From positions 7,006,001-7,070,000 of the forward strand of contig CM069160.1 of assembly GCA_035221665.1 (NCBI GenBank): a stretch of DNA of 64,000 nt. The letters run 5' to 3'. Source of the DNA: Okamejei kenojei. Its lineage: Eukaryota. The notes below the pieces were generated by a model that was not told the DNA's origin, did no database searches, and was given only the letters and a program-made list of their open reading frames with translations. The first letter of the stretch is position 1; every line of letters begins with the position of its first letter. This document shows, piece by piece, positions 1 through 12,077 of the stretch. The translations under genes and the position numbers were made by a program.

Positions 1-99
1 ATGCGATCTGGAGGTCATCCAACATTGCCACCATACTGTACTCAGGCAGCTCACTCAATCCATGGTTCAACAGGTAGTAAAATGCAAGATGGTGAAAAT
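1..99 (-). CDS. MHC class I-like heavy chain, alpha1-domain exon (5' part; continues beyond the window edge)
   Basis: The minus strand has acceptor ttgtttatgcattgcAG (AG at 101-100), then phase-1 (D)FHHLAFYYLLNHGLSELPEYSMVAMLDDLQIA. This matches the class I alpha1 start pattern H-x-L-x-Y/F-Y...G...LPE[FY]..V..[LV]DD.Q. It is not in the ORF track. Confidence 0.8.
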
Positions 100-319
100 C
101 TGCAATGCATAAACAAACATAAGTATGATTGTGTCATCACTGTAAAGTGCTCAAAGAAGTTGCTAAAACTGCTAACAATACAAGAACTTTGTATAAGTGG
201 GTGACAAAGACCCGCAAATGCAAGTGCTGGAGGAACTCAGTGGGTCAGGCAGCATCTGTACGGGGGGGGGGGGGGGGGGCGGAGATGATCGGATGACATT
301 GTGGGTCAGGAGCCGTTTA

Positions 320-625
320 TTTAGGTTTTAGATAGAGATACAGCATGGAAACAGGCCCTTCGGCCCACTGAGTCCACACTGACCAGCAACCCCCACACTC
401 TAACACTATCCTACACACACAAGGGACAATTTACATTATACACTAAGGTAATTAACCTACAAACCTGTACTTCTTTGGAATGTGGGAAGAATTGAAGATC
501 TCGGGAAAAACCCACACGGTCAGGTAGAGAATGCACAAACACCGTACAGACAGGACCCGTAATCAGGATCCAACCTGGACATTGGTGCTGTAAGGGCGGT
601 AAGGCAGCAACTCTACCCCTGCATC
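320..625 (-). mobile_element. HE1-type V-SINE (tRNA head, V core, CR1-derived tail)
   Basis: Reverse complement of the cccacattccaaaga core and the gggcctgtttcc...ctgtatctcta tail; homologous to 8741-9060. Confidence 0.8.
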
Positions 626-1831
626 TCTGAGCCATCTTCAAGAGTAGGCAAGATGGGCTCTGATACCTATTCCACCAATGATGGTCGAGGCATTGAATGA
701 TCCGATTGGATTGATTCCCATCTTCCAAGATCTATTATTGTCTATCATGTAGATATGGTCTACTAGTTACAATATTCCAAAATATGAAGAATATTTTATT
801 TTATGAAGAACATGGACAATGTCACAGAGACTTTATAGAATCATAGGGAGGTAAAGTCAAAGAGTCATACAGCAGGGAATCAGGGTCTACGGCTCAACTT
901 GCCCACACCGACCAACATGCCCCATCTACACTGCCTGTATTTCATCAGGACTTAAGTGCCTAGGAGAATAAATAGGCCATTCAGCCCATCGGCCATTCAA
1001 TCATGGCTGCTCTATCTATCGCTCTCAACCACATTGTCCCGCCTTCGCCCCATAACCCTTGACACCCGCACTGATCATGAATCTGTCAATCTCGACCTGA
1101 AAATATCCATTGACGCGGGCTCCACAATTCTCTGAGAAGGCCCATATCATTTAAAACCTATCTATCCATGTACCTGATTAAATGTTTCTTAAATGTTGCG
1201 ATACTACCTGCCTGAACTACCTTCCCCGGCAGTCCATTCAGTACACCAACCATCCTTTGTGTAACAAAGCTACGCCTCAGGTTCGTATTATATCTTTCCC
1301 ACCTCATTTTAAACTTATGGCCTCTGGGTACAGCATATAAAAAGGCCCTTTAGCCCAGCAAATCCGTGGTAACCATCAAACACCTATTTATACTTGTGGT
1401 ACGCTAACCCATTTAATACTTTCCATTCTCCCATTAGTACCTCCCCTCCATAAATTATAATATATACATATACATATCTAATATAGCCCGCCATAATGAT
1501 TGGGACAAAGACCCATCATTTATTTATTTGCCTCTGTACTCCACAATTTGAGATATGTAATAGAAAAAAAAAATCACATGCGGTCAAAGTGCATATTGTC
1601 AGATTTTATTAAAGGGTATTTCTTGCACATTTTGGTTTCACCATGTAGAAATTACAGCTGTGTTTATACATAGTCCCCCCATTTCGGGGCACCATAATGT
1701 TTGGGACACATGGCTTCACAGGTATATATAATTGCTCTGGGGTATTTAAATGCCTCCTTAATGCAGGTATAAGAGAGCTCAGCACCTAGTCTTTCCATCA
1801 CCTTTGGAAACTTGTATTGCTGTTTATCAAC

Positions 1832-3458
1832 ATGAGGATCAAAGTTGTGCCAATTAAAGTCAAATAAGCTATTATGAGTCTGAGAAACACGAATAAAACT
1901 GTTCAAGACATCAGTCAAACCTTAGGCTTACCAAAATCAACCGATTGGAACATCATTAAGAAGAAAGAGAGCACTGGTGCTCTCTGGTTTTACAGGGCTC
2001 TGGTGAGACCACATCTGGAGTATTGTGTACAGTTTTGGTCTCCTAATTTGAGGAAGGACCTCCTTGTAATTGAGGCAGTGCAGCGTAGCTTCACGAGATT
2101 GATCCCTGGGATGGCGGGTCTGTCATATGAGGAACGATTGAAAAGACTAGGCTTGTATTCACTGGAAATTAGAAGGATGAGGGGGGATCTTATAGAAACA
2201 TATAGAATTATAAAATGACTGGGCAAGCTAGATGCAGGAAACATGTTCCCAATGTTGGGCGAGTCCAGAACCCGGAGCCACAGTCTTAGAATAAAGGGGA
2301 TGCCATTTCAGACTGAGGTGAGAAAAAACGTTTTCACCCAGAGAGTTGTGAATTCATGGTATTCCCTGCCACAGAGGGCAGTAAAGGCCAAGTCACTGGA
2401 TGGATTTAAGAGAGAGTTAGATAGAGCTCTAGGGGCTAGTGGAGTCAAGGGATATGGGGAGAAGGCAGGCACGGGTTAATGATAGGAGACGATCAGCCAT
2501 GATCACAATGAATGGCGGTGCTGGATCGATGGGCCGAATAACCTCCTACTGCACCTATTTTCTATGTTTCTATGTTTCTATGGTGAGCTAACTAATCGCA
2601 AATGGACTGGCATGCCAAGGAACACCTTCGCAGCTGATGACAGAATAATTCTCTCTTTAATAAAGAAAAATCCCCAAACACCTGTCCGACAGATCAGAAA
2701 CACTCTTCGGGAGTCAAGCGTGGATTTGTCAATGACCACTGTCCGCAGAAGACATCATGAACATAAATACAGACGCTACACTGCAAAATGCAAACTACAT
2801 TTTAGCCGCAAAAACAGGATGGCCGGGTTACAGTTTGCCAAGAACTACTTTAAAGAGCAACCACAGTTCTGGAAAAAGGTCTTATGGACAGATAAACATA
2901 TCATAGTGATGACAAGAGCAAAGTATTGAGGAGATAAGGAACTGCCCAAGATCCAAAGCACACAACCTCATCAGTGAAACACGGTGGTGGGGTGTTGTGG
3001 CCTGGGCATGTATGGCTGCTGAAGGTACTGGGTAACTTAGCTTTGTTGATCATTCAGCTACTGATGGTTGTAGCATAATGAATTCTGAAGTGTATAGACA
3101 CATCCTATCTGCTCAAGTTCAAATAAATGCCTCAAAACTCATTGGCCGGCGGTTCATACTACAACAAGACAATGCTCCCAAACATATTGCTAAAGCAACA
3201 AAGGAGCTTTTCAAAGCTAAAAAAATGTCCATTTTGAGTGGCCAAGTCAATCACCCCGATCTGAACCAAACTGAGCATGCCTTTTATATGATGAAGCGAA
3301 AACTGACGGGGACTAGCCCCCAAATCAAGCATAAGCTAAAGATGGCTGCAATACAGGCCTGGCAGAGCATCACCAGAGACCCCCAGCAACTGGTGACGTC
3401 CATGAATCATCGACTTCAAGCAGTCATTGCATGCAAAGGATATGCAACAAAATACTAA
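1832..3458 (+). pseudogene. Tc1 transposase pseudogene
   Basis: ATG at 1832 with an early in-frame TAA; HTH region; FWKKVLWTD; KHGGG; QQDNAPKH...PDLNQTEH with 34 residues between D and E. Frameshifted and split by a CR1 insertion. Confidence 0.9.
1980..2580 (+). mobile_element. 5'-truncated CR1 LINE (family A) inserted in the Tc1 transposase
   Basis: [18 protein letters not shown]...RGDLIETY; (TTTCTATG)n tail; TGGTG duplicated at 1975-1979 and 2581-2585. Removing it restores KKESTGELTNRK. Confidence 0.92.
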
Positions 3459-4079
3459 GAATGAGTACTTTCATTTACATGACATTGCTGTGTCCCAAAC
3501 ATTATGGTGCCCTAAAATGGGGGGGGGGGGACTATGTATAAACACTGCTGTAATTTCTACATGGTGAAACCAACATGAAAAATAATGGCCTTTTAAAAAT
3601 CTGACAATGTGCACTTTAACCACATTTGAGTTTTTATATTACAACTATCACATTCTGCAGTACAGGGGCAAATAAATAAATGATGGGTCTTTGTCCGAAA
3701 CATTATGGAGGGCACTGTATGTTCGATCAATTCACAATGGCCAATTTACCTCTCTTTGGGATGTGGGGAGAAACAGGTATAACCAGAGGAAGCACGCATG
3801 GTTTCAGGGAAATAATAAAAATGCCACACAGGTTGTAGTCGAGATCAGGATTGAGTCCATGTCCTCATAGGTAGCATCTCTATGGGCTGCAACACTGACA
3901 CGCCCATCTGGTAAGAAATGTTTGCATGGAATGGGACAATTCTGCATTATGAGGACACTGGGATTCTGTAAATTGAGGCAGTAACTGTAAAGGAGATCTT
4001 ACTGGTGAGTCCCGATTATCTGGGGGGGGGGTCAATATATGCCTTGGTCTGTGAGGCGCCTATAATAAACAGGGTCTAA

Positions 4080-4635
4080 ACGGAAACTCAACACAGCATA
4101 CTGGAGTAACTCAGTAGGTCAGGCAGCATCTCCGGAGAGAAGGAAAGGGTGACGATTCGGGTCGAGACCCTTCTTCAGACTGAGAATCAGGAGACAGCGA
4201 ACCAAGTGATACGAAAAGGTACATAAAACAAATTAATGAAAGATATGCACCCCCGTCTCCGTCTGAAGAAGTGCCTTGACCTGAAACGCCATAAATTACT
4301 TTTCTCCAGCGTGCTGCCTGACTTGCTGTTACTCCAGTTTTTTGTGTCTATCTTCGGTGTAAACCAGCATCTGCATCACCAGTCTGAAGAAGCGTCTCGA
4401 CACAAAACGTCACTTATTTCGTCTCTCCAGAGATGCTGCCTATCCCGCTGAGTTACTCCAGCTTTTTGTGTCTATCTTCGGTTTAAATTAGCATCTGGAG
4501 TTCCCTCTTTCAAATCTAAACTGATGTCTAAACTGAAACATCACCTATCCATGTTCTCCAGACGTACTGCCTGACCTGCTGAATTACTCCAACATTTTAT
4601 GTGTATTAACCAGCATCTGCAGTTTCTTGTTTCCA
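4080..4635. repeat. Cluster of inverted and tandem Penelope-type terminal repeats with hammerhead-like motifs
   Basis: Copies of agtctgaagaagggtctcgacccgaaacgtcaccc...gatgctgcctg.cccgctgagttactccagc in both orientations. Confidence 0.75.
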
Positions 4636-5479
4636 CATGAACGAGCAATATTTGTTCTGTGATAAAGATTACAGGCAACACACCAGACAGTGTCAAAGTT
4701 CATGTGTTTAAGTGAGGTGAGAAGGGGCCCCAAAGGGAGAGTTAGAAGTGTCTGTTTCAGTGTTACCAGGAGAAACATAAGAAGGCTAAGCGTGGAGTAC
4801 AGTAATGATAAAATCCATGCGACTTCCCAGAACACTCCACAGCCAAGGATCTTTATTTTATATGTTATTATTTCAACACGGTAATCACCATTATATTTAC
4901 TTTCATCTGATAGCAATGGGATAAAAATTTTAGGATGAGTAGGTTTGTAATCTCCAAGCCTTCACGATTGTCAGAATAGTTAGAAAGGAAGCATTGTGTG
5001 GGAAGAAATTGCTCATCAGATCCACATTAAATCATTCCCCCCTCACTTTAAACCTATGTCCTCTGGATCTCGATTCTGTAATATGTTGAATATGTTGTCT
5101 ACTTGAAAATTTCCAGATTGAGATGGATAGAACATGATGTCAAGTTAAACTAAACTCTTCATGTTTGTACATGATTCATATCCCTCAATTCCCCGCATAT
5201 CCACGTGCCTATCCCCAAGCACCTTAAATCTCATTATCCTCTTCTGGGGAAGTGGTGGTGGGATAATGGATCGGGTCTGCAGGAGAGGAAGCATGCAACA
5301 AACAGAACAAGATGGCAACAACATTAACACAACATTGATTGGTCATTTAATGCAGGCTGATTTTTACCACCATGTGGGTGTCTTACACCAGGTGAGGAAA
5401 TCTTGGAGCGGTGGGACACCTACTAATGCAGAAGTCACTTCTTTATTGAAAGAGCACATCACCGATTTACCTGAATTCT

Positions 5480-5870
5480 ATCTGAGGCATTAGTGCAAGG
5501 AAAGATTGGACAAACATGGATTGTTTTCCCTCGTATACTGGAGGTTATAGGGAGACCTGATGAAAGTGCATAAAATGGTGAGAGGCACAGACGGAGTGGG
5601 CAGTCAGAACATGTTTCACAGGGTGGAAATTTTGACGACCTGAGAACATCACTTTAAGGTTGGAGAAGCAATATTCAAAGGAGATGAACGGGGAAGTTGT
5701 TTTATGTGGACGGTGGTGGACACCTGTAATGCACTGCCAGTGGTGGCAGATATAACAGTTACATTTCAGAGGCTTTTAGGTACATAGATAGGCAGGGAAT
5801 GGCTAGATATGGATCACATACAGGTAGAGGAGATTAGTTTATTTTGTTCGGCAAAGATATTGTGGGCCGA
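5480..5870 (+). mobile_element. Decayed CR1 3' fragment
   Basis: Degenerate RGDL.EV.K coding segment followed by a CR1 3' UTR. Confidence 0.65.
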
Positions 5871-6267
5871 AGTTAGACACAAAATATTAGAGTAACTCAT
5901 CGCGCCAGGCAGCATCTTTGGAGAAAAGGGATAGGTGATGTTTCGGGTCAAGGCTTTTCTTCAGACTGAAGAACCTAAGGACCTGCTCTTGTGCTGTATT
6001 GTCCTATATTCTATGTTCATTATTTACCCGTATTCATTTCTTCTCTTCAATGGAATGCCAAGGTAACCATAGTATATATAACTTCTCACAGGAGCCTTCA
6101 CAACTCAGGAATGACCGTTACCCAAAATTATTAATACATACAATTCAGTCATTCAATTAATACATCCAAGACAATGAACCCAGGGCAAACACAGGGACTG
6201 TGCAACAGAAAATAGAATTCGTTTTGTTGTTTCCTCAAAGTTCACAAGTAGAAGCTGCATTGCTTAC

Positions 6268-6319
6268 CAGAGAAGACTGTGGCCACACCGTAAGTGTTCA
6301 GTAAGGTAAAAAGAAACAT
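6268..6319 (-). CDS. Leader (signal peptide) exon of the MHC class I-like gene
   Basis: ATG at 6319 gives MFLFTLLNTYGVATVFS plus one G, followed by a strong donor G|GTAAGC. The 52-nt phase-1 exon joins in frame to the alpha1 exon (G+AT = Asp). Confidence 0.65.
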
Positions 6320-6339
6320 GTTTTACAGCTGCCCACAGC

Positions 6340-6490
6340 ACTATTTAACCAACAGAGTAAATGCAGTAACAGTAACTTAATCTCTTGTAATTTTTTAACG
6401 GGACTTTGGCGTGAAGCTAATTATTGGTCCATGTGTACACACACCTGATAACCAGATCCAATGGGAATGAGACTACTTGTTCTGGTCACT
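6340..6490 (-). promoter_or_regulatory. Putative proximal promoter of the class I-like gene
   Basis: Repeat-free DNA upstream of the leader ATG. It carries a kappaB-like GGGACTTTGG (6399-6408), CCAAT/ATTGG boxes (~6423-6427, ~6458-6462) and an AT-rich TATA-like element (~6342-6349). These are short motif matches only. Confidence 0.3.
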
Positions 6491-7277
6491 AATTACCAGT
6501 GAATGCTATTTAACAATCAGGTTTTATGGTAGGGATTATATTGGTGTTTTTTGGACAACAATTACAAAATCACATTCCATATAGCATTTTACAGCTGAAT
6601 AGATGTTTCGCAAAGTATAACTATTTTACAATTCAGAATGCAGTCAATTCCACAAACAGCAGTTTTAGATAAACCAGATAGTCTACTTTACTGTATAGGA
6701 AGGAACTGCAGATGCTCGAAACTGGAGTAAATCAGCGGGTCAGGCAGCATCTCTGGGGAAAATAAATAGGTGACATTTGGGGAAGGGTCTCGACACAAAT
6801 CGTCAACTTTACCTTTTTCCCAGCAGGGCTGACTGACCTGCTGCCTGGCCTGAACCTGCTTTTTGTGTCTGTCTTTAGTCCACTTTACAGGTATTGCTTA
6901 AGAAATAACAATTGGTCAACGCACATGTAAGAATTTCCCAGCCCTCATTTGAAGTAGTACCATGCATCTTTTTGTCAGCTGTGAGGAGAGACATGAGCTC
7001 AGTTTAACGTTGTGTCTAGGTGTAAAAGTGTAGCATAGTCTCAACATCAGCGCATAAATCTCTCATTGAGCCGTCTATTGATACATGGCCCTTTACACCA
7101 TGTCCCACTCACCTGGAAGCTGTGCCGTCCATTACTTTATATTTCCACCCTGTGGAAAAGGTTCTGACTTTCTATCCAATCTATGCCTCTCATAATTGTA
7201 TAATATTTTATCAACCACCGGCATTCTAGCGATTAGAGCCCAAGTCTGTCCAACCTGTCCTTCTAGCTAATATCTAA

Positions 7278-7645
7278 TAGAAACATAGAAACATAGAAAT
7301 TAGGTGCAGGAGTAGGCCATTCGGCCCTTCCAGCCTGCACCGCCATTCAATATGATCATGGCTGATCATCCAACTCAGTATCCCGTACCTGCTTCTCTCC
7401 ATACCCCCTGATCCCCTTAGCCACAAGGGCCACATCTAACTCCCTCTTAAATATAGCCAATGAATTGGCCTCAACTATCCTCTGTGGCAGAGAGTTCCAG
7501 AGACTCACCATCTCTGTGTGAAAGAAGTCTTTCTCATCTCGGTCTTAAAGGATTTCCCCCTTATCCTTAAGCTGTGACCCCTTGTCCTGGACTTCCCCTA
7601 CATCGGGAACAATCTTCCTGCATCTAGCCTGTCCAACCTCTTAAG
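7278..7645 (-). mobile_element. CR1 family A 3' fragment
   Basis: (AGAAACAT)n tail on the + strand, then ggtgcaggagtaggccattcggccc; near-identical to the reverse complement of 48650-49007. Confidence 0.9.
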
Positions 7646-8279
7646 TGCATCATTCTGGCAAACGACTTCTGTGCATCTGTGCATCATTCTGGCAAACCAC
7701 CTCTGCACCAATTCCATGCTTCCAAAGTCATCCTGCATTTGGGAAACCAGCAATACACACAATATTCTAAATCTGGCCTATCTGAAGTTGTAGTTCTCGA
7801 CAGGTTTGACTGTCCCCCTGATTAAAATTTATCTCTGCATGCTGCGTTCCACCTTCTCCTAGCTAACAATGATCTAGTCTACATTTTCCTTGAATTACAT
7901 CTTCTTTGATGTAATTATTTCATACCTTACACTTCCTTATCTCCGTGTCTCCCTTTCCTCTTCAGTCTGAAGGGAATCAACCCGAAAAGTCACCCATTCC
8001 TTCTACCCAGAAACGCTGCCTGTCCCGCTGACTTACTCCAGCATTTTGTGTCTATGTTTGAAGTTCCATAAAGCAGCATATGACTTCCTGATTCCTATAC
8101 TCAGTGCTATGAACCGTGGCTTCTTTACCACTCAGGCTTTCAATTGATTGAAGGCAGAAAGGAGCCAAACAATTATATAGCAAAAATCCCTGTGGTGGGA
8201 TTGGAACAGGATTGTTTTTTTAAAGCACTAAAATCATGGATATTGTTCATAAAAAAGTAAAAGCAAAAGTAATACCTCA

Positions 8280-8600
8280 GTCCCTCACTTAGCGGCCCAC
8301 ACCTTGCGTCGGTCGGCGGCAGCGGCTCCCTCCTCCTCGACTCTCCGGGCTTGGGGACCAAGCTCGGCAGCTTCCAAGCTACCCCCGTCGGCAGCGGCCG
8401 ACCGTGCAGCTCTTCACACCGGCGAACCAAGCCTGCCGGCGCATGTGGCTGCAGGCGACCGGCCGAGTCCGTCTTTGTTCTCAGCGGCTGCCGGGTCTGG
8501 CCTTGATTTCAGTGGCCGCCGGGATGTTCTCGTGGTCGATTCGTGTTGGTTTTCGTGGGGCATTCCGCGGTAATTTTCTTCTGCCGCTGCGGTGCATCCC
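8280..8600. other. CpG-rich island of unknown origin
   Basis: Dense CpG and high GC in AT-rich surroundings; no match to the repeat families seen elsewhere in the window. Confidence 0.5.
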
Positions 8601-8740
8601 AGAAGCTTATGGCTTGCACACCATCCTACTGCCAGCAGTTGATAACTACCTCCTTCAACTTCATCTTGTTGACATTGAGAGAGAGATTATTAATAAGAGA
8701 TTGGAGATTCCGGAATAGAATTTTGAACATATTTAGGAGT

Positions 8741-9060
8741 GGCACAATGGCGCAGCGGTGGAGCTGATGCCTTACAGCGCCAGAGTCCCCGGTTCGATCC
8801 TGCCAACGGAGCTGTCAGTAAGGAGTTCTTTACGTTCTCCCCGTGATCACATGGGATTTCTCCCGGAGCTCCGATTTCTTCCCACATTCCAAAGACATAC
8901 AGGTTTATAGGTTAATTTCCTTCGGTAAAAATAATGGTCAATTGTCTCTTGCGTGTCGGATGGTGCTGGTGTAAGGGGATCGCTGGTCGGCGCGGACTCA
9001 GAGGGACGAAGGGCCTGTTTCAGCGTAGTATCTCTAAAACTAAACAAAAGTAAACTAAAC
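8741..9060 (+). mobile_element. HE1-type V-SINE, near full length
   Basis: Pol III A box TGGCGCAGCGG (8748) and B box GGTTCGATCC (8791); V core; CR1-type 3' tail ending in (TAAAC)n. Confidence 0.88.
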
Positions 9061-9654
9061 GAAGAATAGAACAAAAATGGCACTTCCATGTGCCTACCTG
9101 AAAGCCTCATAAATCCTATTGTCACATCTGCACTACCACCACCCATACGGTGCGTTCCAGGCCCCCACACTGTATAAAGAAACATGCCCTCCACTTCTGC
9201 ATTAACCCTTCCCCTTTCACATTATAGCTCGGGTCTCTAAAGTTGGGCATTTCCAAACTGGGGAAATGGTTGTGACTGTCTACCCTACCTATGGCTCCCA
9301 TAATCTGGAGCTACAAACGAACTGCTTGGGGAACTCAGCGGTTGAGCAGCATCTGCGAGGGAGGGAAGACATTATTGACATTCCGGGATGAGACCCAGCA
9401 TCAGTTTTGTTTTGTTCCAAATTTGTAATAAAATATCTGTGGACAGCAACCGCCAGATTACTGTAACTTTGCCAATAAGAGGCCACCAGATGCTACAGGG
9501 GCAGTGACAACATTGTTATGCACCTCCAGAAGAAAGGAGATATTTTACAAAGAGTTTTGCTTCCTGTCAGCTACGCATCAATTGTCGACATTGTTTAATC
9601 CCATTGCAGTATTCACATAATATTTATTAACCACACTTTTGCAAGCTTTGGCTT

Positions 9655-10150
9655 ACGCAAAAAGCTGGAGTAACTCGCCGGGTCAGATAGCATCTCTGGA
9701 GAAAATGTGACATTTCGGGTTGAGATCCTTCCTCAGACTGGTGAAAGGGAAACGAGAGGTATAGACGGTGATGTAGAAAGCTATAGAACAAATCAATGAA
9801 AGATATGCAAAAAAAATAATGATGATGAAGAAAACAGGCCATTGTTAGCTGTTTGTTAGGCGAGAAGGGACGTTGATGCTGTTACGACTTTGGTGGGGGG
9901 GATGGGGAGAGAGGGAATGCAGAGATTACGAAGTCAGATAACTTAATATTCATATCACTGGTTGTAAGCTGCCCAAGTGAAATATGAGATGCTGTTGCTC
10001 TAAGTTGCGTTTGGCCTCTCTCTGAAAAAGAGGAGGCGCAGGACTGAAAGGTCAGTGTGGGACTGGGAAGAGGAAGTAAAGTGTTTGGGAACCGGGAGAT
10101 CAGGAAGGTCCAGGCGGAAAGAGTGAAGGCGTTCAGTGAAACAATCGCCC
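9655..10150 (-). mobile_element. Penelope-like element 3' fragment
   Basis: Terminal repeat with a hammerhead-like motif (~9707-9740), plus a degenerate GIY-YIG C-terminal region homologous to 35100-35280 and 59050-59290. Confidence 0.7.
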
Positions 10151-10639
10151 AAGCTTATTCAAGTTTTAATTTTTGCGCGGAAGAATTGCTGCCTCACCTC
10201 TCTTTTCCAGCTTTCTTCCCCCATACTACAATCAGTGTGAGGAATAGTCCCAACACAAAATGTTTTCTGTCCATTCCCTCCACAGATGCTGCCTGACCTG
10301 TTGAGTTTCTCCAGCATTCTATGTTACGCAGTGATAGATCTGTCCCTATCAGTACAGTGACACTGTGCTGTGCCAGGACTAAACTGTTATCACGAGTACC
10401 ATGTCCCAGTGCTACACAGTGGCAGATGACCTCTAAAGCACCAACATGCCTTCCTAACTCATACTCAATGCCCTGAGCGATTAAGGCAAACATACCATAC
10501 ACCTTCTTTGCCACAAATATATCGCTCTATCCAATAAAGTAATTATTTCTAAGTTTTAATGTTAATTTTCACAGAACTGAAATAATATGATTAAATTGAA
10601 ATACAAAGTCTGTGCTCCATAAAGGCTTAGATTGAGTGG

Positions 10640-10975
10640 ATTTCGAGAGCAGGTATCGAGTAGTGGGAGAGTCTTGGACCAGAGAGCACAGCCTCAGAAT
10701 AAAAATACATTCTTTTAGAATGAAGATGAAGAGGAAATTATTTAGTGAAACTAACGGTGCATCTGTGGATGTTAAGGCCACAGACAGTAGTGGAGGCGAA
10801 GACATTGGACATTTTAAAAATGGAGATTGATACGTCCTTAATTAGTAATAGCTTTAAAAGTTACACGCCGAAGGCAGGTGAGTGGGAAAAGAGGGAGAAT
10901 TAGATCAGTCACGATTGAATGGAAGAGCAGACTCGATGAGACAAATAGCTTAATTCTGCTTCTATGTATTATGGT
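10640..10975 (+). mobile_element. Decayed CR1 3' fragment
   Basis: VGESWTREHSLRIK motif and CR1 3' UTR. Confidence 0.7.
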
Positions 10976-11984
10976 ATCTCTCTACAGATATTGTACTTAC
11001 ACTTGAACCACTGGTTAGTTTTGAACTGCGACATAATTTTTCGTCAGGTGAAGATACCTGTTGGATATTTGCCCAAAGATAAATGTGTATATTTTTAAAT
11101 GTTTAATGTCATGAGTCATTTTTCACCAAATGTTCTCAGCCAAATTTGCCTGGGTTGAGTGGAGTAATAAAAGGGAGGCAGGAGGAAGATCAAAACAGCA
11201 GATAAATATAGAAAAACAAGAAGGCATTTTCTATGATCAAAGATCAATCTTGAATCCAGGTGCGGTTCCATGGTCATCTCCCTTGTGCCAGTGTTTATGA
11301 CATTGATTACAATATATGATTATGACAATAAAGTATCGTTCATTCATTCATCTCTGAATATGACCTGAAAAGATGAAATCTGGGAATATATAGAAAATAG
11401 TAATCTTCACCAGATCAGCCTGCCTTAGCGGAACATAATAATGAAAGAAAGAAAGTTAATGCTTTAGATCGTAGAACCTACATCAGAATTGATATGGGGT
11501 GCTTTCTTTTCAACAGAGGTGGATGAGAGCAACTTAGCGGAGCTCAATTAAGGGATTAGGATGGTTCATCTAAACTAGCGTTGAAGAAAGCTAGCTTCTG
11601 ATTCTATCGACTACAGAAAATTGGCCCAGATACTTGCAGCGGTAAATTGAAGAAACATGATAGTTGAATGCATCCTCTCTTCATAAGCTGTTGAACATTT
11701 CCACCCTATCCAGTGTTTATGACAGTTGTTGCTCTTTCCTGCATGTTAACCTGTTAATATTTGCCTCTTTTGACATATCGCATTTCAAGCCAAGCCCAGC
11801 AGATATCACTGAACAAATTCAAATGAAGATTGGAGGGAAATCAGAAATGTTGGTCTGCATGGAAAAAGAATTAAATAGTCAGACCAAGGACAAAGGCAAA
11901 TTTTAAGGATTTGGGAGGAGGGTGAGGTGATGTAAATGTATGGGCAAAATGCTGATGTATGAAAATAAGACATGCTTGGTGAGT

Positions 11985-12077
11985 CTGAAGAAGGGTCTCG
12001 ACCCGAAACGTCGCCTATCTCCTTCGCTCCATAGATGGTGCTGCACCCGCTGAGTTTCTCCAGCCTTTTGTGTACCC
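11985..12077 (+). mobile_element. 93-bp Penelope-derived insertion with a minimal hammerhead-like core and 15-bp target-site duplication
   Basis: ACATGCTTGGTGAGT at 11970-11984 and 12078-12092. The insert starts CTGAAGA-A-GGGTC-TC-GACCC-GAAAC-GTC. Confidence 0.85.

Larger units (their letters stand above)
1484..3717 (+). mobile_element. Tc1/mariner DNA transposon, IR/DR type, DD34E, inactive
   Basis: Terminal inverted repeats of ~230 bp (~1484-1710 and ~3490-3717), each with two cataatg(t)ttgggaca direct repeats. The right end reads GGCACTG|TA. Transposase remnants lie between the TIRs. Confidence 0.93.

Noticed and set aside
1-204. 67-aa plus-strand ORF
   Set aside because: It is antisense to the class I-like alpha1 exon and has no recognisable motif.
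4080-4635. CRISPR-like repeated palindromic motif
   Set aside because: Eukaryotic context, irregular spacing, mixed orientation and no cas genes; explained by Penelope termini.
8741-8815. tRNA gene
   Set aside because: The A/B boxes belong to a SINE head that continues into the V core and LINE tail.
9481-9497. CTCF-like motif ggccaccagatgctaca (another at ~49213)
   Set aside because: The match is imperfect in the GGC core, and the second lies in a SINE remnant; no supporting evidence.
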